NCBI GenBank assembly: GCA_035550595.1
Contig: DASZOV010000138.1
Location: 245 to 64,244, forward strand
Direction: 5' to 3'
DNA from: Vicinamibacterales bacterium
Lineage (GTDB): Bacteria > Acidobacteriota > Vicinamibacteria > Vicinamibacterales > SCN-69-37
Length of the DNA stretch: 64,000 nt
How positions within the stretch are numbered: the stretch's first letter is position 1; each line of letters begins with the position of its first letter. A program made the position numbers and the translations under genes. Below the pieces are notes generated by a model, which searched no databases, was not told the origin of the DNA, and was given only the letters and a program-made list of their open reading frames with translations. This document shows, in pieces, positions 26,757 through 35,474 of the stretch.

Positions 26757-27965
26757 ATGTCGATGAAAACGCTGGTCGGGGTGGGGTTGGGCGTCGCGAT
26801 GGCGGCGGGATGGATGGCGCCGCGCGCGTTCGCCGCGCCGGTGACGGGATGCGCGCCGGCGGGGCACCTGTCGGCCTACGATGCCGGTGAGCGGACGACG
26901 CGCGCCTACGACAAGGCGGAGTTCCAGGTCGGGACGGAGGACGACAACAAGTCGGTGGTGGTGGCCGGGGCGACGTGCACGCAGAACTACATGATCAAGG
27001 ATGGCGTCGATCCGCTCAGCGACCTCGAGATCCAGTCGAACTACCGCGATCAGTTGTCGAAGCTTGGAGCACAAGTCGTCTACAAGGACGACAGCGACAC
27101 GATCGCCAAGCTCGTCAAGGACGGCCACGAGACGTGGATCAAGGTCCACAGCGAGGGCACCGAGATCAACGTCACGGTCGTCGACAAGCGACCCCTGGTC
27201 GACACGCTGACCGCGCCGTCGGGTTTCGACTATCGCTTGATCGGCCACATGCCCGGCTACACGGCCGACACGCCGACGAAGCGCAATTTCGACAAGGCCG
27301 ACTTCACCGTCCAGAAGGGCGACGACACGAACGATGTCAGCGTCGAGGGCGCGCTGTACGACGTCAACTACATGGTCGATGGCGACACACCGGAAAGCGA
27401 CCTGGCGATCCAGCAGAACTATCGCGACGCACTCGCGAAGCTCGGCGCGCAAATCCTGTACACCGACGACAGCACCACGACCGCGCGGCTCGAGCGCGAC
27501 GGCCGGACCATCTGGCTCAAGATCGCCAGCCAGCAGACCGAAGTCGAGGTGACCGCGATCGACGAGAAGCCGTTCGCGGCCTCGATCCAGCCGCCGACGG
27601 CCGACGCGATGAAGGCCGCACTGGACAAGGACGGGCACGTCGCGCTCTACGTCAACTTCGACTTCAACAAGGCCACGCTGCGACCGGATGCCAAGCCGGT
27701 CATCGATCAGGTGGCGGCCCTGTTGAAGAACGATGCGGCGCTGAAGCTGGAAGTGGATGGCTACACCGACAACGTCGGCGCCGACGACTACAACGTCAAG
27801 CTGAGCCGGGCCCGCGCCGCCGCCGTGGTCGCGGCGTTGAAGACGGAGGGCGCCGACGTCTCGCGGCTGTCGTCGAACGGCTTCGGTCCCGCGAATCCCA
27901 TCGCCGACCAGTCCACGGCCGAAGGCCGTGCGAAGAATCGGCGCGTGGAGCTGGTGAAGAAATAG
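26757..27965 (+). CDS. OmpA-family protein with two internal ~95-aa repeats and a C-terminal OmpA/peptidoglycan-binding domain
   Basis: Signal peptide. Repeats YDKAEFQVGTEDDNK...IQSNYRDQLSKLGAQVVY... and FDKADFTVQKGDDTN...IQQNYRDALAKLGAQILY.... OmpA_C: GYTDNVGADDYNVKLSRARAAAV...NRRVELV. Confidence 0.85.
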   Translation: MSMKTLVGVGLGVAMAAGWMAPRAFAAPVTGCAPAGHLSAYDAGERTTRAYDKAEFQVGTEDDNKSVVVAGATCTQNYMIKDGVDPLSDLEIQSNYRDQLSKLGAQVVYKDDSDTIAKLVKDGHETWIKVHSEGTEINVTVVDKRPLVDTLTAPSGFDYRLIGHMPGYTADTPTKRNFDKADFTVQKGDDTNDVSVEGALYDVNYMVDGDTPESDLAIQQNYRDALAKLGAQILYTDDSTTTARLERDGRTIWLKIASQQTEVEVTAIDEKPFAASIQPPTADAMKAALDKDGHVALYVNFDFNKATLRPDAKPVIDQVAALLKNDAALKLEVDGYTDNVGADDYNVKLSRARAAAVVAALKTEGADVSRLSSNGFGPANPIADQSTAEGRAKNRRVELVKK

Positions 27966-27968
27966 GGC

Positions 27969-28175
27969 GGTCTCGCGCGAAGACGCGAAGGCCGCGAAGG
28001 GGACGGATGGGGTCTCACGCGAAGGCGCGAAGATCGCGAAGGAAGCAGGCTTTTGTAGGGGCGGACCCCTGTGTCCGCCCGGACTAGGCAACGGTCTCAC
28101 GCGAGGACGCGAAGATCGCGAAGGGGACGGATAGGGTCTCACGCGAAGACGCGAAGATCGCGAAGCGGAAAGACG
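27969..28175. repeat. array of four ~41-bp CGCGAAG-family units (consensus GGTCTCACGCGAAGACGCGAAGATCGCGAAGGGGACGGAT) interrupted by a hairpin
   Basis: Units at ~27969-28009, 28011-28050, 28093-28133 and 28135-28175. The inverse orientation occurs at 28541-28647. Confidence 0.7.
28059..28080. other. hairpin GGGCGGAC-N6-GTCCGCCC embedded in the repeat array
   Basis: Perfect 8-bp stem. Same design as the hairpin at 15334-15355. Confidence 0.5.
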
Positions 28176-28270
28176 AGCTATCGCCAACTCGGCACTCAAT
28201 TCGCATGCGTGGCAATCGTACGCAGATGGGCGTTGCCTCGTTGCGGGCGCATCTGCGCGGAGGAGTGCCA

Positions 28271-28564
28271 ATGGATGCCGAAGAGCTGTCTGCCGTTGTG
28301 GTCGACACGGCATTCCGCCTGCACCGGGATCTCGGGCCGGGCTTGCTGGAGTCGGTTTACGAAACGGTGCTCGCACGGCAGTTGGCGCGCCAGGGACTGT
28401 CAATCGAACGCCAGAAGGCTGTGGCTTTCGATTACGACGGATTGCATTTCGACGACGGCCTGCGCGTGGACATGCTCGTCGAGAAGCAATTGATCGTCGA
28501 GCTGAAGTCCACGACGCAAGTCGCGCCCGTCCATGCCAAACGCGATCTTCGCGCCTTCGCGTGA
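28271..28564 (+). CDS. GxxExxY-family (PD-(D/E)XK-like) protein, apparently 3'-truncated; the last 8 codons and the stop come from the repeat
   Basis: GGAGGAG SD. GPGLLESVYETVL (GxxExxY) and DMLVEKQLIVELKS are present. The reading frame ends ...PVHAKRDLRAFA* inside CGCGATCTTCGCGCCTTCGCGTGA, and the usual C-terminal ...LLINF... segment is absent. Confidence 0.65.
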   Translation: MDAEELSAVVVDTAFRLHRDLGPGLLESVYETVLARQLARQGLSIERQKAVAFDYDGLHFDDGLRVDMLVEKQLIVELKSTTQVAPVHAKRDLRAFA

Positions 28565-28647
28565 GGCCTCTCCGTTCCCTGCGCGATCTTCGCGTCTTCG
28601 CGTGAGGCCTTGTCCGTTCCTTCGCGTCTTCGCGTCTTCGCGTGAGG
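28541..28647. repeat. array of ~3 CTTCGCG-family units, inverted relative to 27969-28175
   Basis: CGCGATCTTCGCGCCTTCGCGTGAGGCC / TCTCCGTTCCCTGCGCGATCTTCGCGTCTTCGCGTGAGGCC / TTGTCCGTTCCTTCGCGTCTTCGCGTCTTCGCGTGAGGC. It abuts the ADOP-2 stop codon. Confidence 0.65.
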
Positions 28648-31326
28648 CTATTCCCGTCGCAGCGCGATCACCGGGTCGACGCGTGCCGCGCGGAGGGCTG
28701 GGGCGAGCGCGGCCAGGAGACCGGCGGTGACGAGAACGCAGGTGCTTGCGGCGTAGATGCGGACATCGGTCGGCGCCGTCTCGAAGAGGAAGGCGCGGAC
28801 CAGGCGGGACAACGCCCACGCCGCTGGTAAACCGACGACAAGTCCACCGACGAGATAGATCGTCGCGCGCCCGACGACGTGCCGCAGCACGCGTCCCGGC
28901 TGCGCGCCGAGGGCGAGGCGGATGCCGATTTCGGTCGTTCGCTGCGCGACGTGTGCGGCCATGACGCCGTAGAGGCCGACGCTCGCGATCACGAGGCCCA
29001 GCACGCCGAAGACGCCGAGCACGAGCATGTTGAACTCGCGCGGCGCCGTGTAGACGTGCAGCTCGTCGGCGAGCGTCCGCATGTCGGGCACGCCGAGATC
29101 GGGAAACTCCGCCCAGATGGCCTGCCTGATGGCTGGCGCGATCGGCGCGATGTCGGCGGTGCGCAGCATCAACGTGGCCGTGTTGGGGTCCAGCGCACGC
29201 GCGAAGGGCACGTAGGCCATGGCCTCGGGCGGCACTTCGGGCCCGCGTGGGCGGACGTCGCCGACGACGCCCACGATCGTGGCCGGCGCCATGCCGCACG
29301 TGCCGCATTGAACGATCTGTCCGATGGCGGCGTCAGCCGATCCGAAATACGCTTGCGCCGCGCTGGCGTCGAGAATGGTGACCGGTGGTCCATCGGCATC
29401 GTCCGGCGTGAACGCGCGGCCGCGCAACACGGGGATCCCGAGGATTGTGAAATAGCTCGGCGAGACGAACCCGGTCAGAATGGTTCGGTGCGCCGACTGA
29501 CGCCCGGGAATTGAGAACCCCGTCGACGCGACGCGCGTGGCGCCGCTGAGCGGCGCGAAACCGCGAAAGAGCGCGGCGCCGTCGACGCCGGGCAGGGCGG
29601 CCACCTCGGCGGCAATGCGCTCGAGCCGCCGCGTGCTTTCCGCCTCGCGCCCCCTGACGTCGGGAGCCGAGTAGTCGGGCCACGGATGCATATCGACGGT
29701 GACGACGTGTCGCACGTCGAGGCCGATGTCGACCGACGTCACACGGTCGAAGCTCGCGATGAACAGCGCGGCGCCGACCGTCAGCACGACCGCCAGCGCG
29801 ACTTCGACGACGATGAGTGACGGGCCGAGCCAGCGCGTGGAACCACGCGTGTGCGTGCGGCCGCTGTCCTTCAGGAGCTCACGGGTCTCCGGCCGCGAGA
29901 ACTGGATCATGGGCGCCAGGCTGCAGAGAACGCCGGTCGCTATCGTCAGGGCGCCGGCGGCCGCCAGCACACGCAGGTTCACGGCAATCGACGCGGCGCG
30001 CGGCACGCTCGCCGGCATCGCCGCGCGCAGCACGCCGACGCCGCCGAAGGCCGCGAGCACGCCTAGCGCGGCGCCCGCGGCCGAGAGCAGCAGGCTCTCG
30101 ACGAGCAGCGGGCGGGCGATGTCCCACCGCGTGGCGCCGAGCGCCGCGCGCACGCCGAGCTCGTGCTTCCGCGCGCCCGCGCGCACGAGCATCAGATTCG
30201 CGACGTTCGCGCACGCGAGCAACAGGACGCACGCCACGGCGCCGGCGAGCACCAGCATCCACGATCGGACGCCGGTGACCATTGAGCCTTGCAGCGGCTC
30301 GACGAGTGCGGCACGGTCCTGCTGGAAGTGCTGCGGAAACCTGGCGGCGAGCCCCGCGGTGACTTGATCCAGGCGGGTTTGCGCACGCGCGACCGACACG
30401 TCGTCGCGCAGCCGGCCAATCACCGTCAGCGAATACGGCACGCCACTTCCGGGGCTGTCGCGCGCGCCCGCGGAAACGACGTACGGCGTCCAGACATCCG
30501 TGGGATCGACCGCGGCGACGGGATAGTCGAAGCCGGCCGGCATGACGCCGACGATGGAGAGCGTCCGGTCGGGCGTCCGCAGGCGGTGGCCGATGACCGG
30601 CGCGCCGCCGAATCGTCGCTGCCACACGCCGTAGCTGATGACGGCCACGTCGTCATGCCCCGCGATCTCATCGTCGGAGGTGAACGTTCGCCCGGCGATC
30701 GGCCGGACGCGGAGGACGTCGAAGAAGCTCGTGCTGACACGTTCGCCGCGAAGCACGACGGGCGTGAGCGATCCGTCGCGCTCGACGTTCAGATCGGCGC
30801 TCACGATCGCCGCGAGTCCGCTGAAGACGTCGTGCGCGTCGCGCCACGCGGCAAAAATGCCCGGCGAGTACACCAATCCATGCGGCATCGTGGCGACGGC
30901 CATCGTCTCGCTCACGGCGACGAGCTGGTCGCTCCGATCGAAGGGCAGGCCGCGCAGCGCGACGGCGTCGACGACGGAGAAGATGGCGGTCGAGGCACCG
31001 ATGCCGAGCGTGAGGACCGCGATGGCGACGGCCGTCGTCGCTGGCGCGTCGTGAAACGACCGAACGGCCATCCGCACATCCGAGTGCCAGCGATCCATGT
31101 GGAGAAACGAACGGCCCGCGCGCCGGACCGAGCGGGAGATGACGGTGGCGGCGGCGTAGAGCAGGACGCCGGCGAGTGCGCCCCAGAACCAGAGTCTGGC
31201 CCGCACGGGATGTCCGAGTCGCACGCGACGGCCGCGTTCTTCCACCAGGTCGCCCACGACCGCGTCCGCGAATGGCGCGTCGACGAGACCGCGAAGCAGA
31301 GCAGTGACGAAGCGCACCGGAGGCAT
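28648..31326 (-). CDS. duplicated FtsX/MacB-type ABC permease without an ATPase ('ADOP'-type) with an extra N-terminal prefix helix region
   Basis: Two FtsX modules (…LALGAQPGRVLRHVV…; …AALGATRWDIARPLL…). C-terminus PALRAARVDPVIALRRE. Starts 11 nt after the PadR stop. Confidence 0.85.
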   Translation of the reverse strand: MPPVRFVTALLRGLVDAPFADAVVGDLVEERGRRVRLGHPVRARLWFWGALAGVLLYAAATVISRSVRRAGRSFLHMDRWHSDVRMAVRSFHDAPATTAVAIAVLTLGIGASTAIFSVVDAVALRGLPFDRSDQLVAVSETMAVATMPHGLVYSPGIFAAWRDAHDVFSGLAAIVSADLNVERDGSLTPVVLRGERVSTSFFDVLRVRPIAGRTFTSDDEIAGHDDVAVISYGVWQRRFGGAPVIGHRLRTPDRTLSIVGVMPAGFDYPVAAVDPTDVWTPYVVSAGARDSPGSGVPYSLTVIGRLRDDVSVARAQTRLDQVTAGLAARFPQHFQQDRAALVEPLQGSMVTGVRSWMLVLAGAVACVLLLACANVANLMLVRAGARKHELGVRAALGATRWDIARPLLVESLLLSAAGAALGVLAAFGGVGVLRAAMPASVPRAASIAVNLRVLAAAGALTIATGVLCSLAPMIQFSRPETRELLKDSGRTHTRGSTRWLGPSLIVVEVALAVVLTVGAALFIASFDRVTSVDIGLDVRHVVTVDMHPWPDYSAPDVRGREAESTRRLERIAAEVAALPGVDGAALFRGFAPLSGATRVASTGFSIPGRQSAHRTILTGFVSPSYFTILGIPVLRGRAFTPDDADGPPVTILDASAAQAYFGSADAAIGQIVQCGTCGMAPATIVGVVGDVRPRGPEVPPEAMAYVPFARALDPNTATLMLRTADIAPIAPAIRQAIWAEFPDLGVPDMRTLADELHVYTAPREFNMLVLGVFGVLGLVIASVGLYGVMAAHVAQRTTEIGIRLALGAQPGRVLRHVVGRATIYLVGGLVVGLPAAWALSRLVRAFLFETAPTDVRIYAASTCVLVTAGLLAALAPALRAARVDPVIALRRE

Positions 31327-31337
31327 GGGCCGTCTCG

Positions 31338-31673
31338 TCAGCGTGCCGCCGGCAGGCCTTCCCAGAGCCGTGTCAGCGCGCGCCGCGAGGCGCGGAGCGC
31401 GGTCAGCGCCGGTTTTGTGACGGCGTAGCAGCGGCGCGAACGCCCACCACGTTCGGCGGTCGGCGCGGCGAGCGAGGAGGAGAGCAGTCCCTTCTTCTCG
31501 AGGCGATCGAGCGTCATGTAGACCGCGCCCCGGGCCACGCGCCGCTCGGTCCGCGCTTCAATGGCCGCGTGAATGGTGACGCCGTACGCTTCGCCCGCGT
31601 CCTGCCGCGCGCAGAGCACCGCGAGTAGTACGACCTGCTCGAACTCACCGAGCGCCAACGGTTCGGACGGCAT
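31338..31673 (-). CDS. PadR-family transcriptional regulator
   Basis: LGEFEQVVLLAVLCARQDAGEAYGVTIHAAIEARTERRVARGAVYMTLDRLEKKGLL...RRCYAVT. Upstream is the candidate promoter TTGATT-N17-TACCAT. Confidence 0.85.
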   Translation of the reverse strand: MPSEPLALGEFEQVVLLAVLCARQDAGEAYGVTIHAAIEARTERRVARGAVYMTLDRLEKKGLLSSSLAAPTAERGGRSRRCYAVTKPALTALRASRRALTRLWEGLPAAR

Positions 31674-31735
31674 GGGGCCGCATGGTAAATCACAATGTTG
31701 GACAAATCAACTCGTTCGCGCTACGCTCCGGCCCG

Positions 31736-33451
31736 ATGTCTGCCCGACCGCTCGCCGCGACTCACGAAGGTGCCAGGCCTCATCGTCCGTCTGAAGTTTC
31801 GGTGGCATGTGTCGTCGTCGGCCTTGCCGGTGCGCTCGCGGTCTGCGGCTGCGGCCGGCGGGGAGATGTCACCGCTGCTCGCCAGAATCGCCCGGTCGCG
31901 TCTGAATCCCAGGCCAAGGAGTCGGCACCACCTCCAGTGCCTTCAGCGGTCGTGGCTCAGGCGGCGCGCCCGGCCGCGAGCGGGCCGCTCGTCTTCGACG
32001 CGGTTGCGATCGGGCCGCGTGGAGCGGTGTTGGATGGGGCCCCATCCGCGCCCACCTATCGTTGCGAATGCTCGTTGCGGACGGTCATCGGGACGGCCTA
32101 TGACGTCACCAGGGCTCGCATGCGCGGCGGACCGGCATGGATGGACGATCCGGATTGGCAAGTCTTAGCGGCCTCCTCGCGCCCGTCGTTGTCGGGCGCC
32201 GACTTTCGCACGATGCTGCGGCATGCGCTCGAAGATGGCTTTCAGTTGAAAGCCGTCAAAGCGGCCATGCCGACGCGGACGATTGTGCTGTCACTCGGGC
32301 AGCCTGAGCATCCGCCAGGATTGCGCCGGGCGCCGAAGCGCCTCGATTGCACGCCGTTTCTGAAGGATCTCCCGTTCCCGCGTCGATTTCCAGAGATGCC
32401 GGATCACACACCGCTGTGCGGAGCTGGCAGGATGGCGGATACGAGCGCGCGGCCTTCCTACCATTTTCGAAGTGTTCCACTGAGCGTGTTCGCGCGCGAC
32501 TTGGAGATCATGTTGCGCCAGGTCGTGATCGCTCCACCAGACGACGGCCTGTTCGATATCGATTTCGAATCTCCCGTCGGGTCCTTATTCAGCGACCCCT
32601 CGCCTGACGTCGACGCGTACCTCACGGCGCTGCACGAGCAGCTCGGCGTCGATGCGCGGATGCGGACCGCGCCGATCGATGTGCTGACAATTCAGAGCGC
32701 GTCACGCCCGAGCGGGCCACTCGTGTTCGACGCGGTTGCGATCGGGCCACGTGGAGCGTTATTGAAGGGGGCACCATCCGCGCCCACCTTTCATTCTGAA
32801 GGCTCGTTGCGGTCGTTCATCGGGACGGCCTATGACGTCACCAGGGCTCGCATGCGCGGCGGGCCGGCATGGATGGACGATCTGGATTGGAAAGTCTTGG
32901 CGGCCTCCTCGCGTCCGTCGTTATCGTACGCCGACTTTCGCGCGATGTTGCGGCACGCGCTCGAAGATCGCTTTCAGTTGAAAGCCGTCAAAGCGGCCAC
33001 GTCGACGCCGACGATTGCCCTTTCGCTCGAGCAGCCCCAGCATCCGCCGGGTCTGCGCCGGGCGCCGAAGCGTGTCGACTGCACGCCGTTTCTGAACGAC
33101 GATCGTCTCTTCGCGTTGCGATTTCCCCAGATGCCGGATCACACACCGCTGTGCGGAGGGGGCAGGATGGCGGATACGAGCGCGCGGCCTTCCTACCATT
33201 TTCGAAGTGTTCCACTGAGCGTGTTCGCGCACTACTTGGAGATCATGTTGGGCCAGGTCGTGATCGCGCCGTCCGACAAGGGCCTCTTCGACATCGACTT
33301 CGAATGTCCGGCCGGGGCCGTATTCAACGACCCTTCGCCTGACGTCGAGGCGTATCTGACCGCGGTGCACGAGCAGCTCGGGATCGATGCGCGGATGCGG
33401 ACCGCGCCGATCGATGTGCTGACGATTCGGAGCGCGTCACGCCCGAAATAG
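31736..33451 (+). CDS. TIGR03435-like 'soil-associated' protein containing two tandem copies of the whole domain
   Basis: Each half shows LVFDAVAIGPRG..., IGTAYDVTRARMRGGPAWMDD.DW, MLRHALED.FQLKAVK, SVPLSVFA..LEIML.QVVIAP.D.GLFDIDFE and L..HEQLG.DARMRTAPIDVLTI.SASRP. The second copy starts 732 nt after the first. Confidence 0.7.
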   Translation: MSARPLAATHEGARPHRPSEVSVACVVVGLAGALAVCGCGRRGDVTAARQNRPVASESQAKESAPPPVPSAVVAQAARPAASGPLVFDAVAIGPRGAVLDGAPSAPTYRCECSLRTVIGTAYDVTRARMRGGPAWMDDPDWQVLAASSRPSLSGADFRTMLRHALEDGFQLKAVKAAMPTRTIVLSLGQPEHPPGLRRAPKRLDCTPFLKDLPFPRRFPEMPDHTPLCGAGRMADTSARPSYHFRSVPLSVFARDLEIMLRQVVIAPPDDGLFDIDFESPVGSLFSDPSPDVDAYLTALHEQLGVDARMRTAPIDVLTIQSASRPSGPLVFDAVAIGPRGALLKGAPSAPTFHSEGSLRSFIGTAYDVTRARMRGGPAWMDDLDWKVLAASSRPSLSYADFRAMLRHALEDRFQLKAVKAATSTPTIALSLEQPQHPPGLRRAPKRVDCTPFLNDDRLFALRFPQMPDHTPLCGGGRMADTSARPSYHFRSVPLSVFAHYLEIMLGQVVIAPSDKGLFDIDFECPAGAVFNDPSPDVEAYLTAVHEQLGIDARMRTAPIDVLTIRSASRPK

Positions 33452-33560
33452 GTGATGTCTTCGCGCGAGCCTTTTCCGCCCCTTCGTGCCCTTCGCGTCT
33501 TCGCGCGAGACCCCCGTCCGCGCCTCGCAGCCGTCGCGTCTTCGCGTTACGCTGTTCGCC
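33452..33560. repeat. CTTCGCG-family repeat units
   Basis: GTCTTCGCGCGAGCC...CCCTTCGTGCCCTTCGCGTCTTCGCGCGAGACCC...GTCGCGTCTTCGCGTTACGC. Confidence 0.55.
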
Positions 33561-33561
33561 G

Positions 33562-34095
33562 ATGTCCGCCCGCTTCTTCCTCCGCCTGTCGCGCACGGCC
33601 GCGCTCGTCGCGTGTCTTGCCACCATCGGTGCATGTCATGCCTCGCAGAAACCCAAAGACACGTGCCAGATGACCCAGCCGAACGGCGTGGTCGCCGGCT
33701 CGTCGGAGCGTCAGGACGGCAGTTATGGGAATGCGCAGGTGTCGGTGGGGCCGTTCGGCTTGTGGCCGAATGGCACGATCGTCTTCAAGCCGGGCGGCCC
33801 GGGGTTCGTGACTCGCGACGGGGGACTCGGGATGAAGTTCGGCTGGACGCGCGGCGTGAGCGGTGTGCTTCACATCACGGGCCGCCGGCTGGACGCGCCC
33901 GCGGCGCCGCTGCAGTCCGAGGTCGGCGACGACGCGGGCGGCGGGTTCGAGGCGAGCTACCTGATCTTTCCCTCACCCGGATGCTGGGAAGTGACGGCGA
34001 CCATCGGAGATCGGTCCGACGCGTCGCTCACCTTCGTCACGCGCGTCGAACAGGTCGGAGCGGGGCCGTCCTGGCATCGCGACAGCGCTCCGTGA
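33562..34095 (+). CDS. hypothetical lipoprotein
   Basis: Signal peptide with lipobox LATIGAC. No family recognised. Confidence 0.55.
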   Translation: MSARFFLRLSRTAALVACLATIGACHASQKPKDTCQMTQPNGVVAGSSERQDGSYGNAQVSVGPFGLWPNGTIVFKPGGPGFVTRDGGLGMKFGWTRGVSGVLHITGRRLDAPAAPLQSEVGDDAGGGFEASYLIFPSPGCWEVTATIGDRSDASLTFVTRVEQVGAGPSWHRDSAP

Positions 34096-34120
34096 AAACT
34101 GTTCGCGCGCCCGCCGCGCG

Positions 34121-34170
34121 ACGTTCCGGTTCCTCCTTCGCGCCTTCGCGTCTTCGCGTGAAGCCCTTCG
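34121..34170. repeat. CTTCGCG-family repeat unit between convergent genes
   Basis: TTCCTCCTTCGCGCCTTCGCGTCTTCGCGTGAAGCCCTTCGC. Confidence 0.55.
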
Positions 34171-35109
34171 CTATTCGATGACCCGCGTCGGCGCGCGCAG
34201 CTTCACGCCTTTCCGTTCCACGTCAACCGACAACTTCGCGACCTGACCCGTCCAGCCGTCCACGTGATACTCGACGGCGTACTGGTTGGCGAGCTCGGTC
34301 GCGAGCTGCTGCATGAGCGCCTGCAGGGATCCGAGTGCGACGCCGCGATCGATCCGTCCGCCGCTGCGTTCCGGTGCGTCGCCGACCGACAGCCGTTCGG
34401 GCGCGCTCGGCGTGGGTGGTGCGCCGTCGCTCGACGGGCCAGCCGCCGGCGGTCCGCCTCTGACGGCGCCGGTGGTCGGCGCCGAGAGATTCACCACGTA
34501 CAACTGCGCGTGACTGTGCGCGAGTGAATCCATGACGTCCTCGAGCCGGACGTTGCCGGCCTCGCTCGTCGCCGGCGTGATGACGACGATGACGGGCCGG
34601 GTCGCTTTGTGTTCGATGAAGGCCTGGCTCGCCTCGACGAACGATTCGAAGAGATGTGGTGCTTCGCCGACCGTCGTGTAGAGCGGCCGGACCATGTCGG
34701 GCGAGTCTTCTTCGTCCTTCGAGAAGCCGACCATCGACGTGCTCGTGCGCTGCGAGGTCGTGACGTTCACTTCGGCCTTGCCCTGCAAAGCGGTCGTGAA
34801 GGCCGCGACGCTTTGTTTGATCGTGTCCGAGCCGACGCCGATGTCGTCGATGAACACGGCGATCTGCATCGGCGTGGTGGCGAGCGCGGCGTGGACGATC
34901 TCGCGCGACTGGCCGTTCGACTTGACGCGGAAGTCGGCCGCCGAGAGGTCGACGACCGGTGCGCCCTTCTTGTCGAGGGCCGTGACGTACACCGTCGTGG
35001 AACCGGGCGCGGCCGGCGCCTGCGCGCGGCTCGCGACGCCAGTCGCCAGGGCGGTGGCGACCGAGAGGGCTGCGGCGACGATCGCTCGCTGCGTGCTGCC
35101 TGCGGTCAT
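34171..35109 (-). CDS. VWFA-related acidobacterial-type (TIGR03436-like) secreted protein
   Basis: Signal peptide. VYVTALDKKGAPVVDLSAADFRVKSNGQSREIVH followed by a VWA-like IAVFIDD... core. Confidence 0.65.
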   Translation of the reverse strand: MTAGSTQRAIVAAALSVATALATGVASRAQAPAAPGSTTVYVTALDKKGAPVVDLSAADFRVKSNGQSREIVHAALATTPMQIAVFIDDIGVGSDTIKQSVAAFTTALQGKAEVNVTTSQRTSTSMVGFSKDEEDSPDMVRPLYTTVGEAPHLFESFVEASQAFIEHKATRPVIVVITPATSEAGNVRLEDVMDSLAHSHAQLYVVNLSAPTTGAVRGGPPAAGPSSDGAPPTPSAPERLSVGDAPERSGGRIDRGVALGSLQALMQQLATELANQYAVEYHVDGWTGQVAKLSVDVERKGVKLRAPTRVIE

Positions 35110-35249
35110 GAGCTACCTCCGATTGGACCGTCGTGGAAGGCCGTCATCTTATTACGAGATCGACCGCGGCGCGTGTCGCGGTGCCGTCACGCCCTGTGGC
35201 CTTGGAGAATCTAGTGGCGGCGGCGCCGGTTTTCGCGACAATACGTGCC

Positions 35250-35474
35250 ATGGTCAAGTCCTATCAGAACGACGAGGTCACCGTGTTCTGGCGTCCCGAG
35301 CGATGCCGGCACACGGGCATCTGCGCGCGCGGGTTGCCGGCCGTCTTCGATCCTCGACGCCGGCCGTGGATCGAGCTCGAACGGGCCGACACCGACACGA
35401 TCGTCGCGCAAGTCGAGCGGTGCCCGTCGGGTGCGCTGACGTGGGCGCCGCGCGATCGCGAGGACGGGCAGTGA
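35250..35474 (+). CDS. divergent 4Fe-4S mono-cluster (Fer4_19/DUF1271-like) small protein, 74 aa
   Basis: YQNDEVTVFWRPERCRHTGICARGLPAVFDPRRRPWIEL...VERCPSGALTW. The stop overlaps the GTG of the next gene (GTGA). Confidence 0.7.
   Translation: MVKSYQNDEVTVFWRPERCRHTGICARGLPAVFDPRRRPWIELERADTDTIVAQVERCPSGALTWAPRDREDGQ

Noticed and set aside
27969-28175. A CRISPR array, suggested by regularly spaced ~41-bp repeats.
   Set aside because: The units are directly abutting or separated by irregular sequence with no unique spacers of constant length. They are degenerate, occur in both orientations at many loci, and no cas genes are present.
34694-35470. The N-terminal 259 codons of the 1148-aa ORF 34694-38140.
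   Set aside because: This part runs antisense through the VWFA gene and through the Fer4_19 gene in another frame. A GTG with a twin-arginine signal at 35471, overlapping the upstream stop (GTGA), is a far better start.
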